A stretch of DNA of 64,000 nt from Caecitellus pseudoparvulus (lineage: Eukaryota; Protista; Bigyra: Bicosoecida): positions 868,001-932,000 of the forward strand of contig CBFFRQ010000013.1 in assembly GCA_965644315.1 (NCBI GenBank). The letters are read 5' to 3'. Of the stretch, positions 37,476 to 47,311 are shown one piece after another. The notes below the pieces were generated by a model. That model was not told the DNA's origin, made no database searches, and worked only from the letters and a program-made list of their open reading frames with translations. A program made the position numbers and the translations under genes. Each line of letters opens with the position of its first letter. Within the stretch, counting starts at the first letter, position 1.

Positions 37476-39204
37476 TCAGTCCTTGCCCTCAGACTCCTTT
37501 CCAGTCGCTTCGTGCATGTGATTACTCTCCGGTGCAGTCTTGCCCTCGTCACGCTTGCAGCAGCACTTGTAGGCGATGGCAACACACACCACCAGGAAGA
37601 CGATGCTAGCAACGATGGCAACAATGGCAATGCCAGTGAGGGCATTGTCAAGCTTGTCCTGTTGCTCCTCTACCAGGGGCCCAGCTGCCTTGCGCTGCGG
37701 GCCACAGCCGCACTGCTCAGTGTTCTCGTAGCAGAAGCCGTCAGTGTAGTTCAACACCCCCCTGAAGTACACTTCCTCACCCCAACGCCAGCCACCCTCT
37801 AGAGGAATGGGGGTGTCTGAGGAAAACTCACGGGGGACCATGTTGTTGGACAGCTGGGCTGTGGATAAGATGCCCGCCCGCTGCATCAGCTCGGAGGTGA
37901 ACTCTGTGACGGCGGGCAGCACGGTGGTGGCAAGGGCACCGTTGTCATCAGCTCCAGGGAGCCTCACCTGAACAAAACTGACTGGTCCTGTCTGGGTTAT
38001 CATTCCAGTTGAAGCTGCCCAGCAGCATCTCTGCAGCGGGGAGGGGGGAAGTGCCCGTAGCCCGCAGAGCCTCGTGTCGGCCTCACTCACCAGTCGTCTC
38101 GAACTCGTACGGAACCTTTTGGTACTCAAAGTACGTGGACCACAACGAGGTGTTCCACGCTGACTGAGCGGCCGCGTTTGGCGCGATGAGGGGTCGAACC
38201 GCGATGGCATCGTACAGCCCGCACTGAATCTTGTCTCGCATGGCAATGGCCTCCACGCCGTCACCATAGGAGCCATCAAAACAGTCTGGCAACTCCACAA
38301 GATTAGAGGAGGACTCCACGACGTGCACATCTCCTTGCGCATCGCGCCCAACCATGCCCACGTGGCTCCACATGGACCCAGTGCCAGAGCGGATGAAAAA
38401 CCCTGCGCAACACAGCCACACCACGACAAGTGAGGGTTGCGCAGGGGCAGGGCACGCACTCCGCTAGGCACACCCTACCTCCAAACGTCATAGACCGGAA
38501 CAGCACGACGGAACCAGTCTGCAAGCTGTCCAGGTAGGCCTGAGTCAGGTCCACCGTCAAGAAGAAGCGCGCCTCCACCGTGACAGTTGCACCACTGACG
38601 CCCTGCAGGGCGACGGTGCGGTTGCCCCGAGTGCGGGTACCGTCGAAGGCGACCAAGCTGTTGAGTGGGATGGACGCGGTGCCCAGAGTGTCATCAGCAG
38701 CAGCGAAGTCGCGATCGAACAGCGCCACCGTCACGGAGCCTTGCTCTTGGCCCCGTGACAACTGTGCGAGCAGGAACGGAGGTTGCAAGCAGCAGCAGCA
38801 GCACATTCACGCAGCAACAAACGTACGCAGTGTGAAGAGAACACTCCCAGTGGCCACGAGGGGTTTTCAGAGTCTGTTTGCACTGATTCGAGGTCCACAG
38901 TGGATCCACCCCAGGTCACCTTGGCGTACGGGTCAGAGGTGTCAGAGCCCGTGTCCTTGTCAGGCAAGGAGGACGCTGAGAGCACCCGGATGTGAAACTT
39001 GCCCAGGTGGTTTTGGTCAGTGCACACGACATTGGACCGCGCCAGTTCGGACATGCGCCTGCCATGAGCGACGGCAGCCTCGCTCGCGCCCACGCCTCGC
39101 AAGCCAGAGGTCGCAGCCTCAATTTCAGAGCCAGCTTGTGCCAGCCCTGGGAGCAATGCCACAAGGCAGAGCACCTTCCAGACCGAGAGCATGCCTGCGG
39201 CCAT
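37476..39204 (-). CDS. Type I membrane protein: signal peptide + C2 domain + permuted NlpC/P60 (YiiX/LRAT-like) domain + TM + Cys-rich tail; introns 38762-38826, 38403-38478, 38031-38090, 37904-37967
   Basis: C2: IRVLSASSLPDKDTGSDTSDPYAKV...NPSW...LFDRDFAAADDTLG. Permuted papain-like domain: LQTGSVVLF, WSHVGMV (His), QFCS|EFTSELMQRAGIL (Cys). TM IAIVAIVASIVFLVVCVAIAY followed by KCCCK. All four introns restore frame. Confidence 0.78.
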
Positions 39205-39973
39205 GCAGGGTGTGCGAGTGCCTATTGATGCAGCCGCCACGAATGCGAGCAATTTCCGCAGGCAGCAACGACAACCACAAGTCAACGCCTTCCGCATGCC
39301 ACTGGCGCCTGCCGAGCACATTCGGGCGCAGAACCTTCTTGTAGTCAGAAGTTCTTTCAGGAACGCCAGCGCGGGATTCACGTGGTCACAAGCTGCGGCC
39401 AGCTCCACAAGAGTGTGGCGTCGGCCAGCCTTGCACCGTTACATGAGAGCTGATTGGCCGAAGCACGTGCTCCTCGCACATGCCGCTGGCACAGCACTTG
39501 CAAGCACAACATACACGTACCTGGCGCAGGGAGAGGTCCAAGGAAACCAGCCCGCCCGATTGTTCAAGGCTAGCAGGTGGGAGTAGAGGCAAGAGAGGGT
39601 GGTGCGCTTTCACTTTTTTGTTGAGTTTGGCTGGAGGAGGGGAGTGCAACCCACCCTGCGCGGCGAGCATGGCTGGCAGCCGGCTTGCAGGTTGCAACGC
39701 CACCCTGGCTCAAGTCCAACCAGTCATCACTGGTCAGAGTTTGCCTTCATTGCCGCGGAGCTACCATCAAGCTCGGTACGCGCGAGCAAACATGCGGACC
39801 ACTCAGTGTGCAGAGAGTGGTCGAGCTCACGGAAATTGGAAGGCACACACGCGAGCCCTTACTCATTTGAAAGGGTGTGGTACAGTTGAGGATGCAGGGG
39901 GGGGGGGGCAGCGCCGGTTGTGTGCCTGGCTGATGCCCACACAAAGCCAACTGCACAGTGTCCGATTGGTGCC

Positions 39974-40920
39974 TCAAGTGCTGGGCGCTTGTTTTTCTGC
40001 TCTGGCTACTACCACAGCCGTGTCAATACTTGAGCTTGCAGCTTTGATGTCGTCCAGGGATGTCGATGCCCAGGTCAAGCGCCGCTTGGACATGTGAAAG
40101 GTGTCAACCGTCTCAAACGCGGCGGCTCGAAAGGCCTCCACGATGGTGAGGAGGTCAGTGTGCTTGAACGGGCCAGAATTGCCCATTTTCGCCTGTGGAC
40201 GGTGCGGTGTGCATGTGCTTTGGCGTTCGCGGCACGGTGGGCGCTGGAAACGCACAGCGTGCTTAGGCTGCAGCACTGTGACGGCCACACCACCCGGCGC
40301 CGCCACGCGGTACAGCTCCCGCGCCCCCGCTTCCAAGTCGCTCCAGAAGTACACGCAGTTCATGTTGAACGACAGCGCCACACTGCTCTCTTCCAAGGAC
40401 AGACCCGCGCAGGGATCGCCCACGGCGGCGCGCAGGCGTGGGGAGGGTCCCTGCGCCTGAGGCCAGGCGGACACGAGCTCCACAACGGATGGCGAAATCT
40501 CCAAACCGATGAGGGGTCTGTGTGGGTACTTGTCCAGGAGCAGCTTGAGGCCTTCGCCGTGCCCGAAGCCCAGCTGAGCGGGGACGTGGTGGTGGGCAGT
40601 GTGCGGTGCGAGTGTGGAGCGGCCTGGGTGTGTGAGTGGCTCACCTCGACGATGGAGCCTTCACCCAGGTATTCTGGGAGTTGTTCAATGCATGCTTTGA
40701 GCTCTTTGCCATGGTGTGCCACCATGAAGCGCAGGGCACGCTCGCCGTGCCATGTCTTTGCGTCAGGATTCGCCGCAGCTTGCTGCATGAGGGTCTTGTA
40801 GTCCTTTCCATCATTCACGACAACGCCTCCTGCATCGACGCTGCCAAATCGGCGCTGGACATCGCTCTCACCGCCTGCGTCTCTCGAAGTGCGGGTTACG
40901 GCAGGCTCATCGGCTGCCAT
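39974..40920 (-). CDS. Class I SAM-dependent methyltransferase, copy 1 (intact); introns 40574-40644 and 40193-40255
   Basis: Motif I IVE|LGFGHGEG across the intron; motif II IGLEIS; NMNCVYFWSDLEAGARELYRVAAPGG. Confidence 0.88.
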
Positions 40921-40930
40921 TGCGTGCCAT

Positions 40931-40938
40931 GCGGAAAT
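40931..40938 (-). promoter_or_regulatory. ATTTCCGC motif 10 nt upstream of the methyltransferase copy 1 ATG (representative instance)
   Basis: The same 8-mer recurs near many start codons in the window; see finding. Confidence 0.45.
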
Positions 40939-41099
40939 TGGTTGCCTCGCTCCGATTCAACGCAAGGAAAGGCGCCAGCTTCTGGTCATGCCACTTGCTA
41001 TCACAGGACTTGCTGGGAGTAGACACTTCACGTGCGTGGGCTTGCTGCTGTTGGGTGTGAGTGACATGTATTCTGTTCGGAGGGCGCTGCGCTTGCGGC

Positions 41100-41444
41100 T
41101 CACAGGGGCTTTGTCGCCAACAGCATGGCCGTGGAGGCTAGAGGCGCCTTTTGCTTTTCTTCATGCACCTCAAGCGTCTCAAGATTACCATCTGGTGTCA
41201 GCACTCGCACTGCCACCTCGAATCCAGCCTTGCGCAGGGCCTGGATGACGGGCGGCAGGTGCACATTCTGAAAGGGGCCGCCTTTCATGGCTCGCTGCGG
41301 AAAGGAAACGGGGCGAGGTAAGCTTCAGGCGCAAAGAGCACAAAGTCAACAAACGCACCACGTGGTAGGGGTGAGTCACAGTGACGGCCACACCACCCGG
41401 CGCCGCCACACGGTACAGCTCCCGCGCCCCCGCTTCCAAGTCGC
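41100..41444 (-). pseudogene. 3' part of SAM methyltransferase copy 2, downstream of the transposon insertion; intron 41295-41358
   Basis: DLEAGARELYRVAAPGGVAVTV is near-identical in DNA to copy 1 (~40278-40342), followed by RAMKGGPFQNVHLPPVIQALRKAGFEV...stop at 41100. May still be functional if the element is spliced out. Confidence 0.85.
41437..41444 (+). repeat. Left target-site duplication CAAGTCGC (8 bp)
   Basis: Identical to 46481-46488; occurs only once at the equivalent site in paralog copy 1 (...TTCCAAGTCGCTCCAG...). Confidence 0.95.
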
Positions 41445-41478
41445 CGCTGGCATGGCAATATACTGGAAATGGGCAAAA
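41445..41478 (+). repeat. Left terminal inverted repeat CGCTGGCATGGCAATATACTGGAAATGGGCAAAA
   Basis: Reverse complement of 46447-46480 except at TIR positions 3, 4, 5, 12 and 18. Confidence 0.92.
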
Positions 41479-41601
41479 CATTCTCGCACCACCTCCAGTA
41501 TTTTCGCTGACAGGGCGCAATTTTGGCGTCCCATAGAGGATATTTGCAGGCTTTGATTTATTGTTTGGGCTGCCACCAGCCCCACAGGCGCTGTTTTTGG
41601 C

Positions 41602-44074
41602 ATGGACCAGCCCATTTTCGCGGCGTCGCCCACGGCCCTTCCAGCGCCGTCTCCGCCGCTGAACTTGCAACAAGGGCCGTTCCTGATTAAAGTTTCTTCG
41701 TCTGACGCCCGTCACTGCGTGCTTTGTGCGCGCCGGAGGCAAGAGCAGGCTGTGGGGCTGCTTGCCTCGCAGGGTCGCTCCTCTGGAGCTGACCTCGTGA
41801 CCAGGACACACTACCACTGTTTGCGAACAGGGTGTCACTGGCGAGGGAAGAATCCCAGTAACTTCTCCAACCACCGATGTGGGCATGCGCGGGCCATGAA
41901 GCTGGCGGCAGGTGCGTGGCGTGGTGGTGCCTCAAACAGGCGTTTCGCCCAGCTGCGCAGCCAGCACGTTGAGCCTCCCTGCGGCGCGGAATCGGGTGCC
42001 TCACACCATGTAGTGGTAGAAATGCCTAAACCTTCGCCAGAAGTTGTGGTTTCCGATCCATGTGCGTGTGAAAGCGCCTTGCTTGCCGCGCCACAGCGTC
42101 ACGGCAATGGTGCTGCCTCTGCGCAGGCACTGGCTCTGGCTCTGGAGGTGTTGCAAGCCCAGCCATGAACCCCCCCCGCTCCAGCGGCGAGTGGATGCTG
42201 TATCCACGGGCCATCGCAGACATGGCTGAAGAGTTCTTCCGCCGAGGCCTTCCAGGCGGCCAGGGCACCACTTGGTTCACTCAAGCCATCGACTGCGCCC
42301 AAGCCATGGTGCGGGCCGGTGCAGCTGCGGCCAGTCGGCTGCTGCTGGACGCCGCGCCTGTCGGCGACGAGTTCGTCCAGCAGTGCACCAAAGACGACGT
42401 AGCTCCTGAGTGCCTCCCTGAGGCTCCCTCTGACATGATCGTGCCTCCCAGCGCGGCTGCCCTGGCTGGCACAGTGGGCTCAGTGCTGGGCATGCTCATG
42501 GCGTCTCCTGCGCAGCCTGTGACTCTGGGACTGCCTGGGGCGACCGTCATGGCCACCCGTGCAGCGATAAGCCGGGCTAGACTGCCACCCCAGCATGGAG
42601 AAGGGGTGCTGATGGCCTTCCCTGACAACCCTGCTGAGCTGGGCGTCGCATCGGCGCTGCGAGATGGGCAAGGCTCCGTCGACGCCGCACTGAGAAAGGA
42701 TGCCACTGAGAAGCAAGGCAACATGCTGTACAGGTACATCGAGCCATGTGAGGACATGGAGGGCAAGGCGGGCACCCTGGCAGGCACAACACACGCCGTC
42801 ACAAGGGACTCCTGGGCTGTGCAGCCTGCCGCGAATGCTGCCCTGGCAGGCTCACTGTACGAGCACTACATCCCCACCGGGAAGCAGCCCGTCACCCTGG
42901 ACGTCCAGCCTGTGGGCCTCGCTGCAACCCACCCAGCCTGTGGCGAGCAGTCATCCTTCCTCCCTCGCCCTCCTGGCCCATGCCCCAGCAAGACTGTGCC
43001 GTGGAGCCCAGACGGCCACAGCCTGCCAGCCAGTGAAGCATACCAAGCAGCTGCAGCCGCAGCACGGTTGCGCTTCGAAGTCGCGGTGGCCGCACAAGCT
43101 GGCAGGCCGGCCCAAGTAGGAGACCGACCCATCCCTGCAGATGTCCAAGCGGACCTGGACCAAATGGAAGCGGACCTGAAGGGAAGCATGGCGCACCCCT
43201 CCATGCGCACCGAACTCACAGTTTTATCCGTAAGTAGGAAGGGCTGGACTGATGTGCGACAGCAGCTGCCATGGGGTACCTGTCCCAAGGCTGGCAGCTG
43301 CGACGGCACGTGCAAGTGGACGACCAATGGCTCCTACAGCGCGAAGCAGTGTCTGTTCACCGGATTCAAGGGAGTTCAGCCTGTAACAAAGGCGACTCTG
43401 CTCTGCAGAAGCCATCGATTTGCTGTCACAGTCGGGTCGCGATCCTTTTGGCGGGTCAAGCACCAGCTGTACCCGGACGTACTCCCAGATGGATCGCCCC
43501 CACCTGGCATGGAGGGCCGCAGGCTGGTCCTTTCCATACCATGCGCGATCGCTGGCACCATTCTGATGGACGAGGCTGCTGCTACGAGTCTGTGGGAGAA
43601 CTACGTCGCGCACCGTCGGGAAGGCATGGTCAAGGTGCAGAAAGCCTTCTGGCGAGACCTCATGCGGCCCTTCGAGGACAAAGTAGACTCCTGGAAAGAG
43701 AAGCTGTTCAAGAAGCACGCCTCTCTCGGTGAATGCCCTGAGGTGCAATATGCGCTGGCCCAAGCCGTGCGCCGAGCCAGAAAGCATGTTGTGGGCAACG
43801 TGCGATCCAGCACAAGTGTGAAGGCTCTGCGTGATGCCATCCTGCACATCTACCATGCCGCTGTCAAGCCGCATGTGGAGGGGTACCTGCAGGCCCTTGC
43901 ACGCTTCGCTGACACCATCAGCGTGGACTGGACCTTTGCATCTTCGGCCCGGGTGCACGTCGCAGGCCCACAGCCACTGCGCAGGGCCAGAGCTGCGCCA
44001 GCGAGCCCACAGCACGAGCTGGGCGAGGAAGAGCCTGAAGATGAGCTGGATGGGGAAGAAGGCAGTGACTGTGC

Positions 44075-44111
<37 letters not shown>

Positions 44112-45812
44112 GAGGGTGCAGAGGAGGAAGCCTGTGTGGGCAGCAGAAGCCGGGCCACGCGGGCCACACGCAGGACTCGGTGGCGAGTAGCTCCCTGCAT
44201 AGCCACGGTTGTGGGCCGGTACGGTTTTATCCTACAACCTCCAATGTTCACGGGCTACGAGAGCGCGGCAAACTTGGCCTGGGTCCTGGGCTTAGTGCTG
44301 CACAGGCTGAAGGGGCACTTGCGGGAGCGCGGCCCGGCGGCGTCCCACCCCAGCGTCATCACAGTGGACAACCTCAGAACCCACCAGCACGCCCTGCAGG
44401 CAATCATTGACGTGCACTTCCCACTGCTGCCGAAAGGCGTGGTGCGGTTCGCGGTGGATCCGTGGCACTTTGCCAGTCGTGTGGCCAAGGCCATTCCCCA
44501 GAAAGGCATGCACCAGGATGGTCCACTCTTCATCAAGCTGTGGTTCGACACAGTGGAGTGGATCCGAACACCTGCACTGGGCGTGGTGTCCCCCAAACTG
44601 CTCCTTCCAGAGGATGCCATTGCTCGGCAACGAGCCGCCTTGAGCTCTGCTGAGCCTGCCGACATCCAGGGCTTCATCGACTGCGCCTGCCGCATCTTGC
44701 GACGCAAGTCCCTGTCAGACTCCCAAAAGACACAAGTCCGAGAATTCCTCACAGCCTATGGGTGGGCCCTGTATGGGCCGGGGCGTGCAGTTGGGGCTGC
44801 TGCAAGGCTTCGCAAGCACGTCCCCCTCGCTCTGGCTGCTGCCTGTGCCACTGCAGCAGGCATGCTGCTCCGTCGGTGCCAAGGAGATCACTTCACACCA
44901 GCTCAGGCTGGGCTGCACCCGAGCGGGGTGCCCATTCTTCCCCTTCACATTGGGCCCTGCACTCACAAACAGGCCTCAGCGGCACTGGAACGAACTGCAA
45001 GCCTGTTTCGCCAGGTGTGGGCGCCTCAATCGCGAGGTGGCGCAGGCACCGCCGTGCAAGGCCGCATCACACGCGGCATCCTGGATCCCAAGTCCTCCTT
45101 CCCCGCCGTTCGTGCTCGGGTCAAGGCGTCATTGCAGAACGACGTGGGGCTTCAAGGCTTGCTGGATGGGCGTGACGCGGTGCACGGCGCCACCACCACC
45201 GGGGGCAATGAGAGCCTGCACTCAGGCATGCGGCACATGGTGTCAGCGGGCACATCCACTCGCCTGGATGTTGCCGAGATGAACCTCACGCTGTACTGGC
45301 TGGAGAAGAACCAGGCCACTGCTGCCAAGCTGCTGTCCACGTATGCGAGCGATGAATGCCGCCAGGAAGAGACACACAGCAAGTCTCAAGACGTTGCAGC
45401 CACTCTGGAGCTTTGCTCTGTACTGGCTGGTGATGTAGGTGGCTTTGCTCGAGGTACCCTGACAGCAGCCTTGCAGAGCTGCCCGGATGCGCCTGCCCCG
45501 ACCACATTCGAGGAAGTCAAGGCCTCTGGCCTGCCACTGTACCACAAAGCCACCTCATCCGTCACGCCAGAGGTTGAAGAAGACATTCGCCGACTGCTCA
45601 GGGAGGAGAGGGAGACGCAAGAGGCCAAGATTGCCAAGTACAGCCCCAACACAGCGGCGTCCCGCATCGCCTCCGCTGCTCACGCCACTGTCGGCCAGGT
45701 CGAGCGAGTGGCCAGCAAGGTGCAGCGAGAAGAAGAGCAGTTTGTCCAGCGGGAGAAGCGAGCAAGGCATCATGGTCTCAGTTCGCCGAGTGCCAAGCGT
45801 GTGCGCCGCTAA
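41602..45812 (+). CDS. DDE transposase; predicted introns 41912-42013 and 42062-42126 join an N-terminal Cys/His exon to the 1215-aa ORF
   Basis: Candidate catalytic residues: ISVDWTF (D 43926), VITVDN (D 44367), AVDPWHF (DxxH 44457-44468), TTTGGNESLH (E 45210). Zn-binding-like segments CPKAGSC...LCRSH and HYHCLRTGC...NH; C-terminal NLS-like PSAKRVRR. GTGCGT...AG introns restore frame. Confidence 0.85.
44077..44111 (+). repeat. (GACAGC)n hexanucleotide microsatellite encoding poly(Ser-Asp) in an acidic insertion of the transposase
   Basis: gcgacagcgacagcgacagcgacagcgacagcgac is read directly from the sequence. Confidence 0.9.
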
Positions 45813-46289
45813 GGGCTGGAGCAGGGCCACCGGCTCTCCCGCTGGGTGAAGGGAGTTTCATCCACACACAGACCAGTCAGGATCCCGAGGCTAGACGCGT
45901 GGTATGAGAGACTTGCAGAATAATTCAACGTTTCATCAGACTACCTTCATGTAACGGACCTCTCAACTGTTCAGAGCCGGCAGAGTGCAGCCCAATGCAG
46001 AGATATCGCAGGCCTCGTGGATTGGCGTGGTGAGGAAAGCGAAACGCCACACCCGCACTGTGCAGCGCTCTCTGGCGGGAGAGAGACAACCCACGGGCAC
46101 GCTTTGGATAGGAACACTTCCGTAAATCTATTAGGATTGTATGCAGCACAAAGTTTTGGAAATTTCGTCTTCTGTTGGGGCATTATCTCCATGGAACGTT
46201 GCAATGCCGTAAAAAGACCTTGTCGCCGTCTCCAAGCCGAGTCACGAAATGTTACGATGCGGACTTGCCCGTGACGAATTTCAGCGATG

Positions 46290-46312
46290 GTGCTGGTCGC
46301 CGCGACCAGCAC
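46290..46312. repeat. Perfect 11-bp inverted repeat GTGCTGGTCGC-C-GCGACCAGCAC in the transposon right subterminal region
   Basis: Read directly from the sequence. Confidence 0.85.
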
Positions 46313-46446
46313 TCAACACACTTGAAACGCAGCGAGGCTACTGGCTCTGTGAGGCCCCCTGCGCGCCCCTGGACTGGCGTCTGAGGTTCGCACGAACCAC
46401 TGCAATGTGCCTCATTCGCGCACATGATCATTGGGCACCGCACCAA

Positions 46447-46480
46447 TTTTGCCCATTTCCAGCATATTCCCATGCACACG
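46447..46480 (-). repeat. Right terminal inverted repeat (minus strand CGTGTGCATGGGAATATGCTGGAAATGGGCAAAA)
   Basis: Pairs with the left TIR at 29/34 positions. Confidence 0.92.
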
Positions 46481-46488
46481 CAAGTCGC
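46481..46488 (+). repeat. Right target-site duplication CAAGTCGC
   Basis: Identical to 41437-41444. Confidence 0.95.
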
Positions 46489-47112
46489 TCCAGAAGTACA
46501 CGCAGTTCATGTTGAACGACAGCGCCACACTGCCCTCTTCCAAGGACAGACCCGCGCAGGGATCGCCCACGGCGGCGCGCAGGCGTGGGGAGGGTCCCTG
46601 CGCCTGAGGCCAGGCGGACACGAGCTCAACCATAGATTCCGACACGTCAACGCCGATGAGGGGTCTGTGTGGGTACTTGTCCAGGAGCAGCTTGAGGCCT
46701 TCGCCGTGCCCGAAGCCCAGCTGAGCGGGGACGTGGTGGTGGGCAGTGTGCGGTGCGCGTGTGGAGCGGCCTGGGTGTGAGAGTGGCTCACCTCGACGAT
46801 GGAGCCTCGCGGCAAGTCACCCGGCAAGGCTTCAATTATGGCAGCTTGTGCCTCGCCATGATGCTGCATCATGAATCGTAATGCCATCCGCCCCATGAAG
46901 GTGCTTGCGTCTGGGCGTGAAAGGGCTTTGCGGTACTCCGCCTTGACGTAGCAATACGCCGCACCTGCGGCGATGGCCGCAGCGACGCCGGCAGCTGACA
47001 CTTTGAGGATGGTGCCGGGCTCCTGAAGCCACTTGCACCAAGACTCAGCCCATGCCCACTTTGAAGATGTCGATTGTAGCCCCTTGTCATGAGATGCGCT
47101 TTGGTTGGCCAT
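46481..47112 (-). pseudogene. 5' part of SAM methyltransferase copy 2 (N-terminal membrane anchor), interrupted by the transposon; intron 46721-46791
   Basis: MANQSASHDK...VSAAGVAAAIAAGAAYCYV...GSIVE|LGFGHGEG...CVYFWSDL; near-identical to copy 1 over ~46481-46807. Confidence 0.88.
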
Positions 47113-47311
47113 CGTGGAAGCGGTGGTGAAGGCCGCTGCGTGTTGTGGTCAGGAGCGCGTACTTCCGCGTGCCAAGCAGAAGGTCTTTCACCGGATAGGC
47201 TGAGAGCTGGTGAGGCTGTGCGGCGTGTCAGCCGGGATCAGATGCCCAGATGGAGCTGGAGTCGATGTGGAGGCTGTCGATGTTTGCCTCGTGCATTGGA
47301 CGAGACCGTGC

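Larger units (their letters stand above)
41445..46480 (+). mobile_element. Autonomous TIR DNA transposon (5036 bp) with 8-bp TSD and a C/DxxH-class DDE transposase (Novosib/Dileera- or MULE-like; superfamily not certain)
   Basis: Interrupts methyltransferase copy 2 exactly at FWSDL|DLEAG; perfect TSD; 34-bp TIRs matching at 29/34; uninterrupted transposase ORF. Confidence 0.93.

Noticed and set aside
39505-39670. ACGTACCTGGC... plus a T-run, superficially resembling U1 snRNA or a Pol III transcript
   Set aside because: Lacks the U1 loop I (GATCA) and loop II (ATTGCAC) motifs and a proper Sm site; better explained as the reverse complement of a splice donor and intron.
46021-46050. GTGAGGAAAGCGAAAC hairpin as a possible hammerhead ribozyme
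   Set aside because: No CUGAUGA core and no three-stem arrangement found.
41436-46489. 9-bp (MULE-type) TSD
   Set aside because: The flanking bases differ on both sides (C41436 vs G46480; C41445 vs T46489), and the empty site in copy 1 fixes the duplication at 8 bp.
45925-46515. Small ORFs in the transposon right arm as a possible cargo gene (Fanzor/TnpB, second ORF)
   Set aside because: All are 113 aa or shorter with no RuvC, zinc-finger or other recognisable motifs.
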